This document shows positions 49,083 through 63,500 of a DNA stretch of 64,000 nt, in pieces. The notes under the pieces were generated by a model. That model made no database searches, had not been told where the DNA came from, and saw nothing but the letters and a program-made list of their open reading frames with translations. Each line of letters starts with the position of its first letter. Within the stretch, counting starts at the first letter, position 1. The stretch spans positions 122,923,046 through 122,987,045 of the forward strand of contig NC_068983.1 in NCBI RefSeq assembly GCF_001194135.2, given 5' to 3'. The translations under genes and the position numbers were made by a program. The DNA comes from Octopus bimaculoides. Its lineage: Eukaryota.

Positions 49083-51353
49083 GCATAGAGGATTGATCCA
49101 AAACTTACTAGTTTTAGATTTATTCTAATTGTCACACATGCTCATTATACAAAGCAAATTGGAGATTTATTTTAGCTTGGAGACAACAGCAACCACAATT
49201 ATAGCTTAGTAACAAACGACTAGCAAAATAAAGCTCGTGTTCCTTGTTAGTGAATTTTAAAACTCTTTCATTAAAATAAACGACTTAAATCAAGAAGTGT
49301 AGGATATCTCCCGCCTCCGACATGATACAGAACTAAGATTATAGTTTTTATCTGAACTTCCGCTTTTATGTTGATATTAATGAAACAAGATCAATAGAAT
49401 TATGTTCACGAAAAATAGGATTGGACATTGCTGGTCTTGTAATCTTTCATAAAGTTCAGTGTTCGCTTACCGTAACTGATGCCAAAATTCCAACAAAAAA
49501 AAACAAAAAAAAAAAACAAGCTTTAATCAATACTGTGCAACTTGCTTATATATATATAATCTGCTTATGTTGGCTGATGGAGCTAGAAAAGAATGTTCGA
49601 ATAATCTCTTGTAATCTTTCCTTAGAGTCATTTCAACGAAACTAAGAATACATGTAAACAAATGATAAAACAAAGCTAAACTTATACCGAAAGATATCTT
49701 GCATAAACAAGCGAAATTTGATTAATTATTCAATTGTTAGCAGATATTATTTAAAATCTTTCTATCAAATGACAATTTAGCATTTCTTTTTTAAATATAA
49801 AATTAGAATGTTCAGTTATGCTTTTTGCACATTACATATATAGTAACGTTATATGGTATTTATCATTAAGGTATTTATTTAAAAATTTGTTCCTTGATAT
49901 TATAATAGCATGTACCTTACTTCATTTTGTATCCGTTTATTCGAACTGAGAATGAAAACATGCTATGTCTGTTTCCTGTTCGTTATAATCAGATTTTAAT
50001 CTTATAACTTGACATTTTGTTTCGGAAACTGGGAAATAGTTTTTGTTGTTTGTAGTAAATATTGTGAGTAGCTTGTTGTGAACGTAGATTGATTGTGTAG
50101 TGCAGTTGTGTTAAGTTTTGTCTTAAAATTTGCATCGCTTTTCCATGTCTATTTTTTCCAGTTCTGGGAGTTATTCTATGTATCACAGTTGAGTTATCAG
50201 CGAATTTGTTCTTTAATCTACTTTAGTCGGTTTGTTGAGTACGTAGAAGCTTCCTCTTTGGTTCTTTAATTTTCGAGTTCATTCGATGTATTTCTAGTAC
50301 TCATTTATGATTGGCTTCAAAGCATCTTGTATCATGTGTAATTTATAGAAATATGAATTAAATAACGTAAATTATCTTGCAAAACTCAGACTCTACATTC
50401 TATAAACAAACTAATACCAGACAAAAACTGCTAATTGCCGAATTGAAACTTAACGTCACGGTTGGTAAAGATGAATGGTAGGAAATCCTACAGGATATTA
50501 TCACTATAGCTTCATAAATCTTGCGAATAATTAAAAAAAAATCCAATAAATACTATATTAAAACTGAGATAAAACTAAAAATATACGAGTCAGTTGCTCA
50601 TCTCACTAAAAGTCATATTCAACAACCTTAAAACGGCAGGATGCACCAAGTCCAAGATAAATAGAATCAGTCCAAACTCTCACATTCGTATGTGTGTGTG
50701 TGTGTGGGTGTGTGTATTATGTTACCGTTTGGTGCCGCAAGCTTTTATTTTGAAAATTTGCATTTTAGTATATAATCATGCGCTATTAATATTCTCGTGT
50801 CGCTGCTTCGTTCTAAGTATTGTGTAATATTCTTAAATTGTTAGCTGCTTTTGTTATTGACAAAGTACTTAGATCGATGTTGAAGCTGAGACTGTTCATA
50901 AAACGATGAGTCGCACTTCTGACTGTTTACGCTGTAGTTAGTTATTGTTCTTTTTTGTTTAACTACCACTTAGCTCCGAGAAAGGTGCGCGATCAAATGT
51001 ATTCCTTACTCGACCATTCTATCTATTCTATGCATAGAATACAGAAGGTTACTCTTATGCAAGAGACTAGAAAGAGTAAGTTCTGGAAGTTAAGGCAATA
51101 TTACAAAAAGAAGTCATAAAAAGATTATGATGGATGTTAAGCTTAGTGAGTTTTTAAAAAAACATCCATATTGCTACATCATTAAAGCTTGAAACATCTA
51201 ATTGTTACGTCTATATATAACGATTGTTTCTATGTACACCAATTCAAGCAACTACATCATTAACTGTCCGGATATTTTTTTTATCTGATTTCGTTGAAGT
51301 TAGTACTACTAATCATCCTGATGAGACGAAGTGATTATCAAGTTGATGTATTA

Positions 51354-51560
51354 GGGGTGCTGAAAAGTTTCTAACTTTGGTAAAAGAAAATACAAGGGAT
51401 CAGTTAATTACAATTTTATTCAACATATTCTTCTCTCAGAGTTACACACTTATTGCAGCAGTCCTTCAGTTTTTCTAAGCCTTGTAAAAGACCTGGGAAG
51501 GTTGGGCCACCAACCAGGTCTTTCAGTATATCCTTAAAGCCAGGAACTTTTCATCACCCG
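51354..51560. mobile_element. Tc1/mariner-type MITE
   Basis: TIRs GGGGTGCTGAAAAGTTTCTAACTTT and AAAGCCAGGAACTTTTCATCACCCG match at 20 of 25 positions. Confidence 0.8.
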
Positions 51561-52857
51561 CTCCTGCAATATTGATGGAATTGGTCTTTGTAAAAGTTCA
51601 TACTTACGCAGGCTTTTGTTTCTAGTGAAGAAAATCGGCGCTTGTCATTAACACTTTCATATATCATCTAATGCCTGTTTTGAGAAGAACTTTTATTCGT
51701 GATATGAAACAATCCTACACGAGTATACTCCGAAAATCCAGGAGGTGCCCGGAGCTGAGTTAAGTTTAATCTACTCGGGATTTGGCGTTCAGATTGGCGC
51801 ATTGTCTAAAATGTGCAATGCTTTGCTGGATATGATTACGCTTATGCCACAGCAGAACAAAAATAAATGGAAAATGTCAATTTTATGATAATGGTAGAGT
51901 GAAACATATCCCAAAGTTTACTTATTTGCTCTATTCGATGGATCAGGATATGATAGGTAATCTCAAGCCATATTAACTAACTTTGGAAAACTCATAAAAC
52001 AATTGATGGGGAGGCTAAGCCTAGTGACTGCCGTTTATGGAAAACATTTAGCGCTATGATGTGGCAAAGTCATAGGATAAAGTAACAAATACGTATGCGT
52101 CTGGCCATATTTTTTCTGAACACTTTTCATAATTATATCGGTGCCTACAGAAGTTTTCCACCTGGAAAAAGTCCACATTAAGTTCAGTGAAAAATTGTGA
52201 CACTGGAAAATACTGTAGGTTTTGTAGAAATCGTAGATGATGTGGTTGAGTTATTTGTGTAATGAAGGACTAATCCTATTAGAACGACAGCGAGATACAA
52301 TATCAATTTTTCAATTTATGCTCTAATGATTTCAAATGTAAGAATCAGTAATTTGATATTTAGAATGCAACAATAGAATCATAGAGAGCTGTATTAATGA
52401 GCCAGCGCTGTATCGCGAACGCACATCATATAATTCAAGGGATTAAAATCCCTTTGACGGACAAAAATGCAGAAAGCTACATGCGGGACTCAAACTACAT
52501 ATTCGTAAATCAGACAGTTGTAATATTCGTGATGCATTGTTTATAGAAGACTATTTATACCTTTTTAGCTAAAAGCAAAATAACTCATTTGAAAGAAATT
52601 CATTTGTCTTATTTTACTTCTATGTAAAATAATGGTTATCTAATTAACTTTTCTCGTACTTTAACTCATAGCAATGTTTTATTTTAGAGTCAATAATATT
52701 TACAACTAAGGTGTTTGCTGTTCTTCATCCAACATTTATATTTGTCATTCAGTACATCACCCTTGACCTTGTTAACACCAGCTAAAGATTGCGAAAGCAT
52801 GTCTGTCACATAATATTCCAAGTTAGTCACGCGCACGCACGCACACACAGACACACA

Positions 52858-52893
<36 letters not shown>

Positions 52894-53174
52894 TATATAT
52901 ATATNNNNNNNNNNNNNNNNNNNNNNNNNNNNNNNNNNNNNNNNNNNNNNNNNNNNNNNNNNNNNNNNNNNNNNNNNNNNNNNNNNNNNNNNNNNNNNNN
53001 NNNNNNNNNNNNNNNNNNNNNNNNNNNNNNNNNNNNNNNNNNNNNNNNNNNNNNNNNNNNNNNNNNNNNNNNNNNNNNNNNNNNNNNNNNNNNNNNNNNN
53101 NNNNNNNNNNNNNNNNNNNNNNNNNNNNNNNNNNNNNNNNNNNNNNNNNNNNNNNNNNNNNNNNNNNNNNNNNN

Positions 53175-53205
<31 letters not shown>

Positions 53206-53786
53206 GCATGTGTGAGTATGCTCGTTTGTTTGTAGTGTGTGTGTGTGTGTGTGTGTGCGCGTGCGAGTTTGTGTAAGTTTAAGTATGAGAGAAAGATATA
53301 GAGACGGCAAGAGAGAGAAAGAGAGAGACGGAAAATGTATCAAAGACTTAGAAAGAGGTGGGGAAAAAATGGAAACTGGTAGTTTCAAATACAGAAACCC
53401 TACATGGTATTTATTCCAGACGTAGCTGTAAAATCTGTTTTTACTCTCACCGTAAGAGATCCAGTGAATCAGGGATTGTTCCATTGGATATCTATAACCA
53501 ATAATGCCATTCTACACTACGTGCGATATAAAATGAACACACACACACTCATGCACGCGTAAAGACGCACATACATACACGCGCACACACATTCAAGTAT
53601 GATTGAACGGGCGAAAGAAACTAGTGTTCAGTGCATTTGGTTTAAGCTACATATTTTTGTCCCACGCGCTCGGGAAACTGCAAATCATATAGAACTGAGT
53701 CAATCTGTTATTAATACACACACACACACACACACACACNNNNNNNNNNNNNNNNNNNNNNNNNNNNNNNNNNNNNNNNNNNNATA

Positions 53787-53818
<32 letters not shown>

Positions 53819-56523
53819 AAATGTACTGATCCGAGATAGAAAATTCAACAATTCCATATATATATATATATATATATATGGAATATATATGCAGCTGTGT
53901 ATGTGGGGGGGGGTGCATTTATGTACGCTTATTTTGTGCAGAAGTCTGTATACATGCATATATACGCATATGGAATATGTATGCTCACGTGCACACGCAT
54001 ATTCGAAATCATACATATTCTGTGTGAATTTGTCTTGGTGCGCCTGTATGCATATGTGCTTGCCTTTTAGATATTTGTTTATATTTTACTAAGCATATAT
54101 AAATAAAGGAAAAGAGTTATTGTTTTAAGCTATTTTTGAAAGTTTCTTTCGTCAATAAATGTTATCAATCGTTTCATCCATATTCACAATTTAGCCTACA
54201 GGAAATAAAGTACCCGAATATCATGTTCTGAACTTAGGAGCAGTACAATATCAAATATAATCTTTTATCTCAGTTATAACACCAAGACTGAAGTAAAATG
54301 CATTCGATTACAATCACTTTAATGCTATGTACTTTTATATTTATTTTTAGTGATTCATTACATGAATAAATTTTCTGTTCGTAAACACTCTTTCAGTTTA
54401 ATTGTCAATCATGAAGCACTAATGATTTTCTTGAACAGTCTCAAAATTTTGATTTCAAATGAATTAACAATGTGTCCGTTAATTCAATGATAATATAATG
54501 ATATCTTTTTTAATAAAGATAAGATTCAATAATTCTAGAGATAATGAATAGAGATAAACATCATATTTCACGTGCATTTTTCGCCACTACGCTAATGCAA
54601 CGCAATTTCCTTTTATATCTATATTTATCCAATAGCAACCTTTTCAGAATAATAATTAGCAAAAATATTTCATGCCATGAGGCATTTTTCATGTTCTTAT
54701 ATTTGAAGTCAAGATTCAAAAATAAATGTTATATTAATGAAACCCAAATGAAAATATAAACAAGTTCCCAAACCATTTCTTTTTTACCTGAAACAATATA
54801 ATTTTAGAAATTTCAAATTTTAGATTCCTTTTCCTTACAGTGGAAATCTTTTTGCTTTCTCTTTCTTCATATTTTATGTTTTGTTTTATTTATCTCATTT
54901 GTGTGTATGCAGCAAAGAGATCTGTCTGCCACATGCAATGTTTCTATCTATCAGTTATTACGAGCGAGTCGCTTGTAATATTCAAAAAGGAAATATATAA
55001 ATTACTTCGCATCTATAAATTTTTAACATGTTGGTTAAGAAAAGAATGGAAAAAAAGAAGGGAGAAACTGCACTACATCTCTTTAAAATAATGAATGAAT
55101 CCTAATGTATAATCATGTTAATAGAAAAAAGGTTTCAGCTTCGTTCAGTTTCGACCTTTTTTGTGTATTTACGCTCGAAATGTTCGCCAGCCTTTTAAGC
55201 ATATGGAATTGGTTCGTAGTTGAAGATGGAACAATTCTGTATGGTGCAGGTGAATGTTACAGCAAAAATAGAGATAGAGTGAATCCTAAAAAAGGCAAGA
55301 CGATGATTTCCACGGAAAGAGAAAGGAAACTAAAATTTGATATTTCTGACGAACCTCACAGCCTGAACACTCATCCCTGGGAGCGAAAGAATTAAGTATG
55401 CTTAGTAAATTTATTTCTTTTAACCTGTTGTCGTTTACGCCAAGGCGAGTGCGATCCACTCGCCAAGTATTGTGACGAGGATCGAGGAAAGCAAACGTCA
55501 ATACTAAACACATATACGTTCGGGAAATAATGATTTTCATCAGCACTGTTAGGCAGACAGTTGAGGCGACAGGTTATAGAAGTTGCTTAACCCGTCGCTT
55601 GACAGTGGCATCGAATTCGCATGGCAATCATCTGTAATAATACTTAATTCATTACGTAATTTTGATTTGAGCAGTCTCTTGGTAGGAATATAGTTTTCCT
55701 TTAAATATAATACCCGCGATTATATTGAAGACATTTGAAAATCGAACTGCATTTGTAGATTATAAAAGGGAGCTTAAAATGCATACAATGTAGATTGATT
55801 TTTGTCATTATTTTTCTTGTAATTTATAGAATAAAACATAAAAAAATTTCTCCGTGTTTTCAAATTCTCAACACAAAGGTTAAGAATAAAGAGAAAGAAT
55901 GAAGAAAAACGACACCACTGTCCATTTAATGAAACATTCAATATAATCTCAGTTTAAAACAATTAAGACTAAGAAATATAATTTACTCATATTCACGATA
56001 AAGGGAATAGAATCGGTTATAACTTTATAGTAAAATACGCTTACGACTTTATTTTATCCAAGTTGCAAAATTACGTTTATAAAAATTGAGAGTTTCGAGC
56101 CAGGTGTTATCAATTTCTTCTCTATCTCCCTTTGTGAGAAACAGTAATTCTTCATTCATATATAATGTAGCTAAGAAATAGTGGTAGCTTGAATAAAATT
56201 TAATTAACAGAAAAATATTGGGTCCATTGGACCCTGTTGGTAGTTAGTGACATACATTTTCTCTGGTAGACCAAGGGTTAAGCATTAACACTTCAAAAGA
56301 ACTTTTAATGCTGACACTTTTTAATTCGGTCCTTTTAGTGGAAATAATATTTCTTTAAAATTAAATCACAAACTGCCCCACTATTGTTTACGATGTCTAT
56401 ATTTCAAGAGTAATTTTTCTCTTTATTTCGCCATAAAATGAAAATATTTTTAAATTTCTGTCATGATTTTCTCGCGGGGATTAGTTTCATTTTATAGATA
56501 ACTTCATAGAAATGATTTTAAAA

Positions 56524-56686
56524 AGGCGCAGACATGACTGTGTAGTAAGAATTTTGCTTCGCATCAACATGGTTCCGAATTCAGTCCCACTGCGTGGCAC
56601 TTTGGGCAAGTGCCTTCTTCTATACCTTTGGGCCGACCAAAGCCTTGTGAGTGGATTTAGTAGACAGAAACTGAAAGAAGATTGTC

Positions 56687-56729
<43 letters not shown>

Positions 56730-57010
56730 GAAGGTTGAAGGGAACACACAAGTTGATATGTATAAGGAAAATAAGACAAGGTAGAAGATGCTAAAATAAT
56801 TTTATGGTGAGAACATTTTAGTACCGGTTTCAGTCTTTGCGACTTTTTCAACTTAGAGTAAAGCATGAAAAACAATTAAAACCGATAGAATACGTACTGG
56901 GTTTACAAAGAACAAGTCCAGGGGTGGATATCTGTTACAAAAATCCCTTTAAGGCTGTGCTCTAGCATGGCCACAATCAAATAACTGAAACAAGTAAAAG
57001 AATAAAAGAG
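56524..57010 (+). mobile_element. Family A SINE, interrupted at its central (TA)n tract
   Basis: Head at 56524-56690; tail ACCGATAGAATA..AACTGAAACAAGTAAAAGAATAAAAG at about 56880-57010. Confidence 0.8.
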
Positions 57011-58371
57011 AGGTTTGATTAGAGCTTTTGTTTGTACAGGAGTACTGGAAATAAAGTTGGATTTGAAAATTAAATGCCTAATTTATTAATAACTTACGTT
57101 CCATGTGAGGTAATTTGTTATACTTTTGCTTGACTGCTGGGGTGTTTAATAACAACCATATTCTGAGAGTGACGAATTTTTAGTAGCGTAGTGCCAACAT
57201 TGATACATCTATCTAATGACTGAATTATTAAATTATAATTGCGTTTATTTCAGAGATCCGGCAATGCCCAGTTTTGGGGTTAAAAATAAGTAATCGACCA
57301 CACCACTCCTGAAAATGTGTGGTCTAGAGTCATTATTAAGGCAGGTAATGGTAATGAAGAAGCATAAACAGCAGAGCGACAATAAAATGCCTTGCAAGAA
57401 AGACTCAGTTATGTCTTACGACATTCTAAATTTAAATCCCAACGTGATAAGTCTTTGTATTTCACTCACCTAAACTTGTTAAAGTCTTAAGTAATCCAGA
57501 TAGATAATGCATGGATTTTACATGTCTTTTTATACTTTTATGTCGAGGGGGGCCTACGAGTAATTCTTAGGATTTGGGATTTATTTTAGATTAATTAGTT
57601 GAGCTTTTAAGCAAGGACTTCTCAATTAGGAGTAATGTATTTCAAACATAGATATTGCTTTCTTACATTGACATATTGTAACTTATTACTCTATGTATTC
57701 TATTGTAGCATACAATAACTTTTCAATTTGATATATTTGTCCTGCCCTTAAATATACTCCTGCTGCATTCACTTCGATCTATACTTTTTACTATTTGTAT
57801 TATTTTCTCTTCCAAAAGGTAATGGATTGGCAGAATCGTTAGTTAGTCGAGAAAAGTTGCTTTGCGGTATTCTTTTTAGTTCTTTGTTCTGAATTCAAAT
57901 CCCGCTGGCATCAATTTTGCTTTTCAAAATAATGTACCAGTCAAGAACTGAGACTCCTTGTATTGACATCGACTAACTCCTTCCCTAGAAACGCTGACTT
58001 TGAGACTCATTTAAAAGCATTTATTATTGCGTCCAGTGAAGTGGGGAGTTGGATAAATGCTTGTGGTAAATCTTCCAACTTTCTACATTCGATGGTATCG
58101 ACTAATTCTCATCCTTCAAAATTACTGGGTTTGTGCCTAAATTAGAAACACTTACTACTGCTTCCAGTTGGTTTGTTACTTCTGATAGACTCTTTGATAA
58201 GCAGCCTCTCATTGCAGGTTTTCATTGAAACTATATTGCCTGTATTGTACCAGTAGGGATTTAATGAAGATCTTGTTTTTCCATATGTAACTGAAATAAG
58301 ACTAACTGGAAATAGAGTATATTTATACGGAGTATAAATTCTATACAGAGTAGCCTATATATGGCTTTACC

Positions 58372-58375
<4 letters not shown>

Positions 58376-58459
<84 letters not shown>

Positions 58460-58490
58460 CATACATACACACACAGACACACACACACAA
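58376..58490 (+). repeat. (TA)n/(CA)n microsatellite
   Basis: Directly visible. Confidence 0.95.
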
Positions 58491-58504
58491 ATGTGTGTAT
58501 ATGT

Positions 58505-58830
58505 GTGAAGGTGCATGGCTCAGTGGCTAGAGCGTCGGGGTCATAATTACGAGGTTGTGAGTTTGATTCCTGGATCGAGCTGTGTATTGTGTTTTTGAGC
58601 AAGACACTTTATTTCACGTTGCTCTAGTTCACTCAGTTGTAGGAATCAGTTGCGACGTCACTGGTGCCAAACTGCTTCGACCTTTGCTTTTCTCTTGGAT
58701 AACATCGATGGCGTAGAGAGGGGAGGCTGATATGCATAGGTGACTGCTGGTCTTCCATAAACAACTTTGCCCGGGCTTGTGCCTAGGAGGTGAACTTTCT
58801 AGGCGCAATCCGATAGTCATTCATGACCGA
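58505..58830 (+). mobile_element. tRNA-derived SINE (family C head GGTGCATGGCTCAGTGG)
   Basis: A box TGGCTCAGTGG, B box-like GTTTGATTCC, body TTGAGCAAGACACTTTATTTCACGTTGCT; inverted head at about 63134-63179. Confidence 0.8.
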
Positions 58831-61800
58831 AGAGGTTCTTTATATATATACATACATACATGTGTGTGTGCGTGCGCGCACGCGTGTTTAGGCTTATTTA
58901 AAGTGTGCATGTTCTTTTCTTTTTTATTGAAGAAAGAGCGGTTTCTAACAAAAATACAAAGCTCTATCGTTGGCATGTAGATTATAAAAACAATATCATA
59001 TTGAAAATTGAGAAAAATCTTGCATATTTTTACAGTTCAACTTACAGATTGTATTTATGTCTGTATGTATGCATGTGTATGCATGTGTGTTTGTTTAATG
59101 GTAAAGCTGTACTTTGTACTCTTTAAAGTGTATGGCAGTTGATCGTATCTTTAAAATGTATAATGATGTTTATAAATACAGACTTATTACCAGCTCAAAT
59201 ACACTTGAGGTATATTCGAACCCATAATAAAACCGTAATGATGTTTATATATACACCACTTTTCGATCTATTTGGTGTGATGGTTGTCTTATTCCTAAAT
59301 ACTTATCTAGTTCCATCCGGGACCATTATTTCTAAACTCTGTCTGTCAATGTGGTGTAGTCGCTATCTACTGGCACATGTTCAAGTGCCATAAGGAATAA
59401 GTACATTGCTCTACTTTGTAAAAATAAAAAGGTTCCTAGTTGAAATTTGGTTTTAAATAATGTACACAAATAGAAATAAGACACCTGTTAATGATCTGAA
59501 ACCAAAACGTAGTATAAATGTACATAGTTATTGTAAATATAGACTGTAGCATAGTTTGATCCATTATAATCTTATAAACAACAAATCGTCCCAAACAGTT
59601 AATCGATTTTTTATAAGAATGAATTGAAGACTTTTATCTAAATTAGATGCTTTAACATGCATATATTTTGTACTGTTGCTTTGCGGCAACAGTACGGAAA
59701 GGGACAATAAATATGCCTGAGTGTGTGTTATTTGAATTTATTTGTTCGGTGAATATTTTATTATTACCATAATCATTAATTATTTTCCTCAAAGTTACTG
59801 CCATATTTGCAACTTCTCCCAAGAGAAATTTATAGCATTTAATTTTTAACGATGAGCTTGATTATTTCTCTCCCGATTAAGCTATATTAAATTTTCAGAA
59901 AAGAAAATATCCTTTTCTAAAGATTTATTAATTAGATTTAACATGTGTTTAGGGACTTTAGATTGAATGCATTCAGAAAATAATATTTTACCAAATCTAG
60001 TTATCTGAAAATTAAAATTATTATATTTTATATCTAGATTTCTTAGGAGTAATTTTATTTGAAATATTTAGAAAACACGTGTGCACACACACACATTAAC
60101 ATGAATGTATGTGTGTGCAGTTGTAAAAAGTAATATAATTCATTATATTGACACGGTTACTATAAGAGACATCAAAATTGTCTGCAAAATGAAACAAGAA
60201 TTATATGTTGATGGGATTCATGATCTGAATTCTAGTTTAATGCTTTTTTTAAAGTAATTATATCTAAAGTTTAAATATTACCTAATCTGAGCTTGAAAAT
60301 AGTTCTTATTGTTCCGTTGCTAATTAATTTAACCATAAGTTTTATGCATTTTACAGGATGCTGAAAACCAAATTACATATTATTTTTATTTATTTAAAGG
60401 GTTTAAGAACTTGTGTACCCGTAAATGAATTTAAACAAATTTAAAGGAATTTATTGAGGAAATAATCTTATTTAAAACATTATTCACTTTTAGAAATTTA
60501 TTTCATAAATATTATAAAGACCTTACTTCTTTCTTACCATTTAACCCATCATATATGCAAGTAATGACAAAGAAATGTACAGTCCATTGTAGACGATTGC
60601 TTCAGCAAGTCTTAACACCTTTGAGTTGACAAATGTTTCTTATACGTCTTGTTATTCATATTCACTGGACACTTATTCTTGACCCAAACCACCAATCCAT
60701 GGGAGAATGGAGTTACCTGTTTTTACTGTCGTACTGCCATACTACAAAGCAGCCCAAGAATCATGCTCTATATGACGGAATATACAATATAATCCTAGGA
60801 CAATACGAAGAATGAAATATCCATGATACTGGTATTGTAAATTACTAACAAGTGTTTGGTTAGTTATTTCTGTTCCACAAGTCCACTCAAATAAAGACGA
60901 CCAAATAACATCAACAAGTACATGACTGTGATATATGACATTATCAGAAGGACAGTCAATGCACTAGACTATAGTAAATTACCCTCAGATGCCACCCACG
61001 GAAAAAAACCGGTCAAGTTAGTGCCCCTGAAATTAATGTATTGAAGAGTTTATAGAGAATGAAGTGTTAGCTCAACGGCTAGTAACGTTTTTATCTGATT
61101 TCGGCAAGTACGGTTATCAACTTCGAGCATGTTGCCGTCTAGCTAAATCTGTTCAGCGAAATGTAGCCTTCTCTGCGTTTGCCTTAGTTTGATATTAATT
61201 GGTCTTATACTTACATGTTTATATGTATTTCTAATAGTAAACATATTTTGCAAAAGTCACAGGCAGTTCTTAGGTTAACTCGTATTTACTGAAAAATTTG
61301 CATTAATATTTATCAGATATTTTTTCTTGAGATTTGCTTGCTTCATAATCATTATTCTTCTGTTTATATAACTAGTAGCAGAAGGAAATCTAGAACCTAA
61401 GTTAAACATGAACGTTCATTAGATAAGCTGTTTGTGAAGAAAAGCTTCATTTCAACACTAAAAATATTCGGATTTTGTTCCCTAATGCAATAAAATATTT
61501 GTTGGAAACCATTTCGTCAAAAGGCGGAACTATCTTAAGTGCCGACTGATATATTACCAGATAATGTACTTCCGATTCATCTAATGGCGTATGTTAATTG
61601 CAAATGTGTCGTTATATTGTGTACTCTCTAGCAAACAAATATTATTCACTTTCGAATCACAACACATTATCTAGCACGAAAGAATTGATATTGACTAATA
61701 TTATTTCGTCCTTTTTAATTGGCACAAAAAGGAAAGTAGACGTTCTCTTATACTGGGTGGTATAGGTTACATGCAAATATGATTTTAACAATATTTTATA

Positions 61801-62825
61801 TTTTATATGATATGCTAGAATGTTAATGAAAGTCGAATCAGACAAAGAGCTTGAGAATAACTTGAACGTCTTTTTTTTTATCAAATTAGGAGAAAAACAT
61901 ATACACGTCGCTTTAAACTTTGTTGTACATTAAAGTACTTTGTGTATCTCGTTGTATTGCTTTATAAGCCTCAACAGATGCTAGGCTATAATAGTATTCT
62001 TTCGGACTCTGCATTATCAATGATTTTTAAAAAGTTGATGTGACTTTAACATAGCTTTAGTTATTTAGATATCTTAGTTTCACTGAAGAGCGCATGTCTC
62101 GTCAGCTGACTAAGACATACCGTATCATTTGTAATGCTAATATGACTAGATACATAACGAAATCGCTTTTGATTTCTTTCATGTCTCGACAGATGCTCAC
62201 ATGCAGAGCTAATTTCTTTTTTGGTAGGTTATTTCCTTATTTCGTGTCTGCGGAATGGGGCTAACCTTTTTTCTTTTTTTTAGCTGTATAACATTTGTTG
62301 ACTGTATTTTCTCCAACCTTAGGATGTACAGAAAATCAGTTCATATAATTACTGTTCATTTCCCGGATATCTTTTTGCTTGTGTGACTTTATGCATGCTT
62401 ATATGTTTGTGTGTGAGTGTGTTTATATCTCTGTCTGTTCGCAAATGTGTATATGCGTAAACCGGTTGCCCATGTGAGATTCTATATACTGATGATCTGA
62501 TGTCCTGCCTCATATAGCAGAAACTGGGGAATACTTAGACAAAAGTTCCTGAATTGCGTCGAGTTCTGTTGTTAACTTGACATTGTGTGGTGACCACAGC
62601 TGAAGGCAATAGTCAAGGCAGATCAGAAGAAATGTCTTCCATAGAGTCAACATGACTTTTTGATTCCTTGTTCTGAATGTTTTCAGTATCTACCCACACA
62701 CACAAATACATATATATATATATATNNNNNNNNNNNNNNNNNNNNNNNNNNNNNNNNNNNNNNNNNNNNNNNNNNNNNNNNNNNNNNNNNNNNNNNNNNN
62801 NNNNNNNNNNNNNNNNNNNNNNNNN

Positions 62826-62866
62826 ACAGACAGACAGACACACATTCTCATTTTTATATATATAGA
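62826..62866 (-). mobile_element. 5' end of a non-autonomous Helitron
   Basis: Minus strand A|TCTATATATATAAAAATGAGAATGTGTGTCTGTCTGTCTGT: typical 5'-TC terminus followed by (CTGT)n; runs into a gap. Confidence 0.7.
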
Positions 62867-63179
62867 TAACTAATATAGAGACGAACCACCATTCCACAAC
62901 TCAGTCAATGAAGAAACCGTCCAAAACCATGCTGTGAGACATATACCATACAAAATAGTAATCTAAAATTTTAATAATATATATTGAACAGTAAGATTAT
63001 TGCAATCATATAACATATAAGAGCAAATATTTCTAAAATTACAGTGAATACCATACAAAGAAACAGTCATTATAAAAATATTAATCTAAAAATCACATAA
63101 AGTATAAACTGAACAATGAGAAACCACAATCTTATGATCATGATGCTGACACCCTAACCACTAAGCCACGAGCCTCCAC

Positions 63180-63228
63180 ATATATGTATGCATATATATA
63201 TGTACATATATATATATATATGCATATA

Positions 63229-63313
<85 letters not shown>

Positions 63314-63458
63314 ATATACATGTATATATATGTATATATACGTATATATGTATATATATGTACATGTATATATATGTATATATATACATATATATATGTA
63401 TACCTATATATACATATATATATAGGTATTTATATATATGCATATATGTATGCATGTC

Positions 63459-63499
<41 letters not shown>

Positions 63500-63500
63500 N
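63180..63500 (+). repeat. (TA)n-rich low-complexity tract
   Basis: Directly visible. Confidence 0.95.

Noticed and set aside
51318-51335. CTGATGAG hammerhead core word
   Set aside because: No stem II and no downstream GAAA.
51700-52250. Possible ancient LINE RT remnant (WKMSIL, DVAKS*DKV)
   Set aside because: The motif resemblance is too weak to call without an HMM search.
55105-55395. 96-aa ORF
   Set aside because: No homology recognised; the length is compatible with chance.
56219-56281. Palindrome GGGTCCATTGGACCC and a piggyBac-like end AAGGGTTAA
   Set aside because: No matching left terminus found; too short to define an element.
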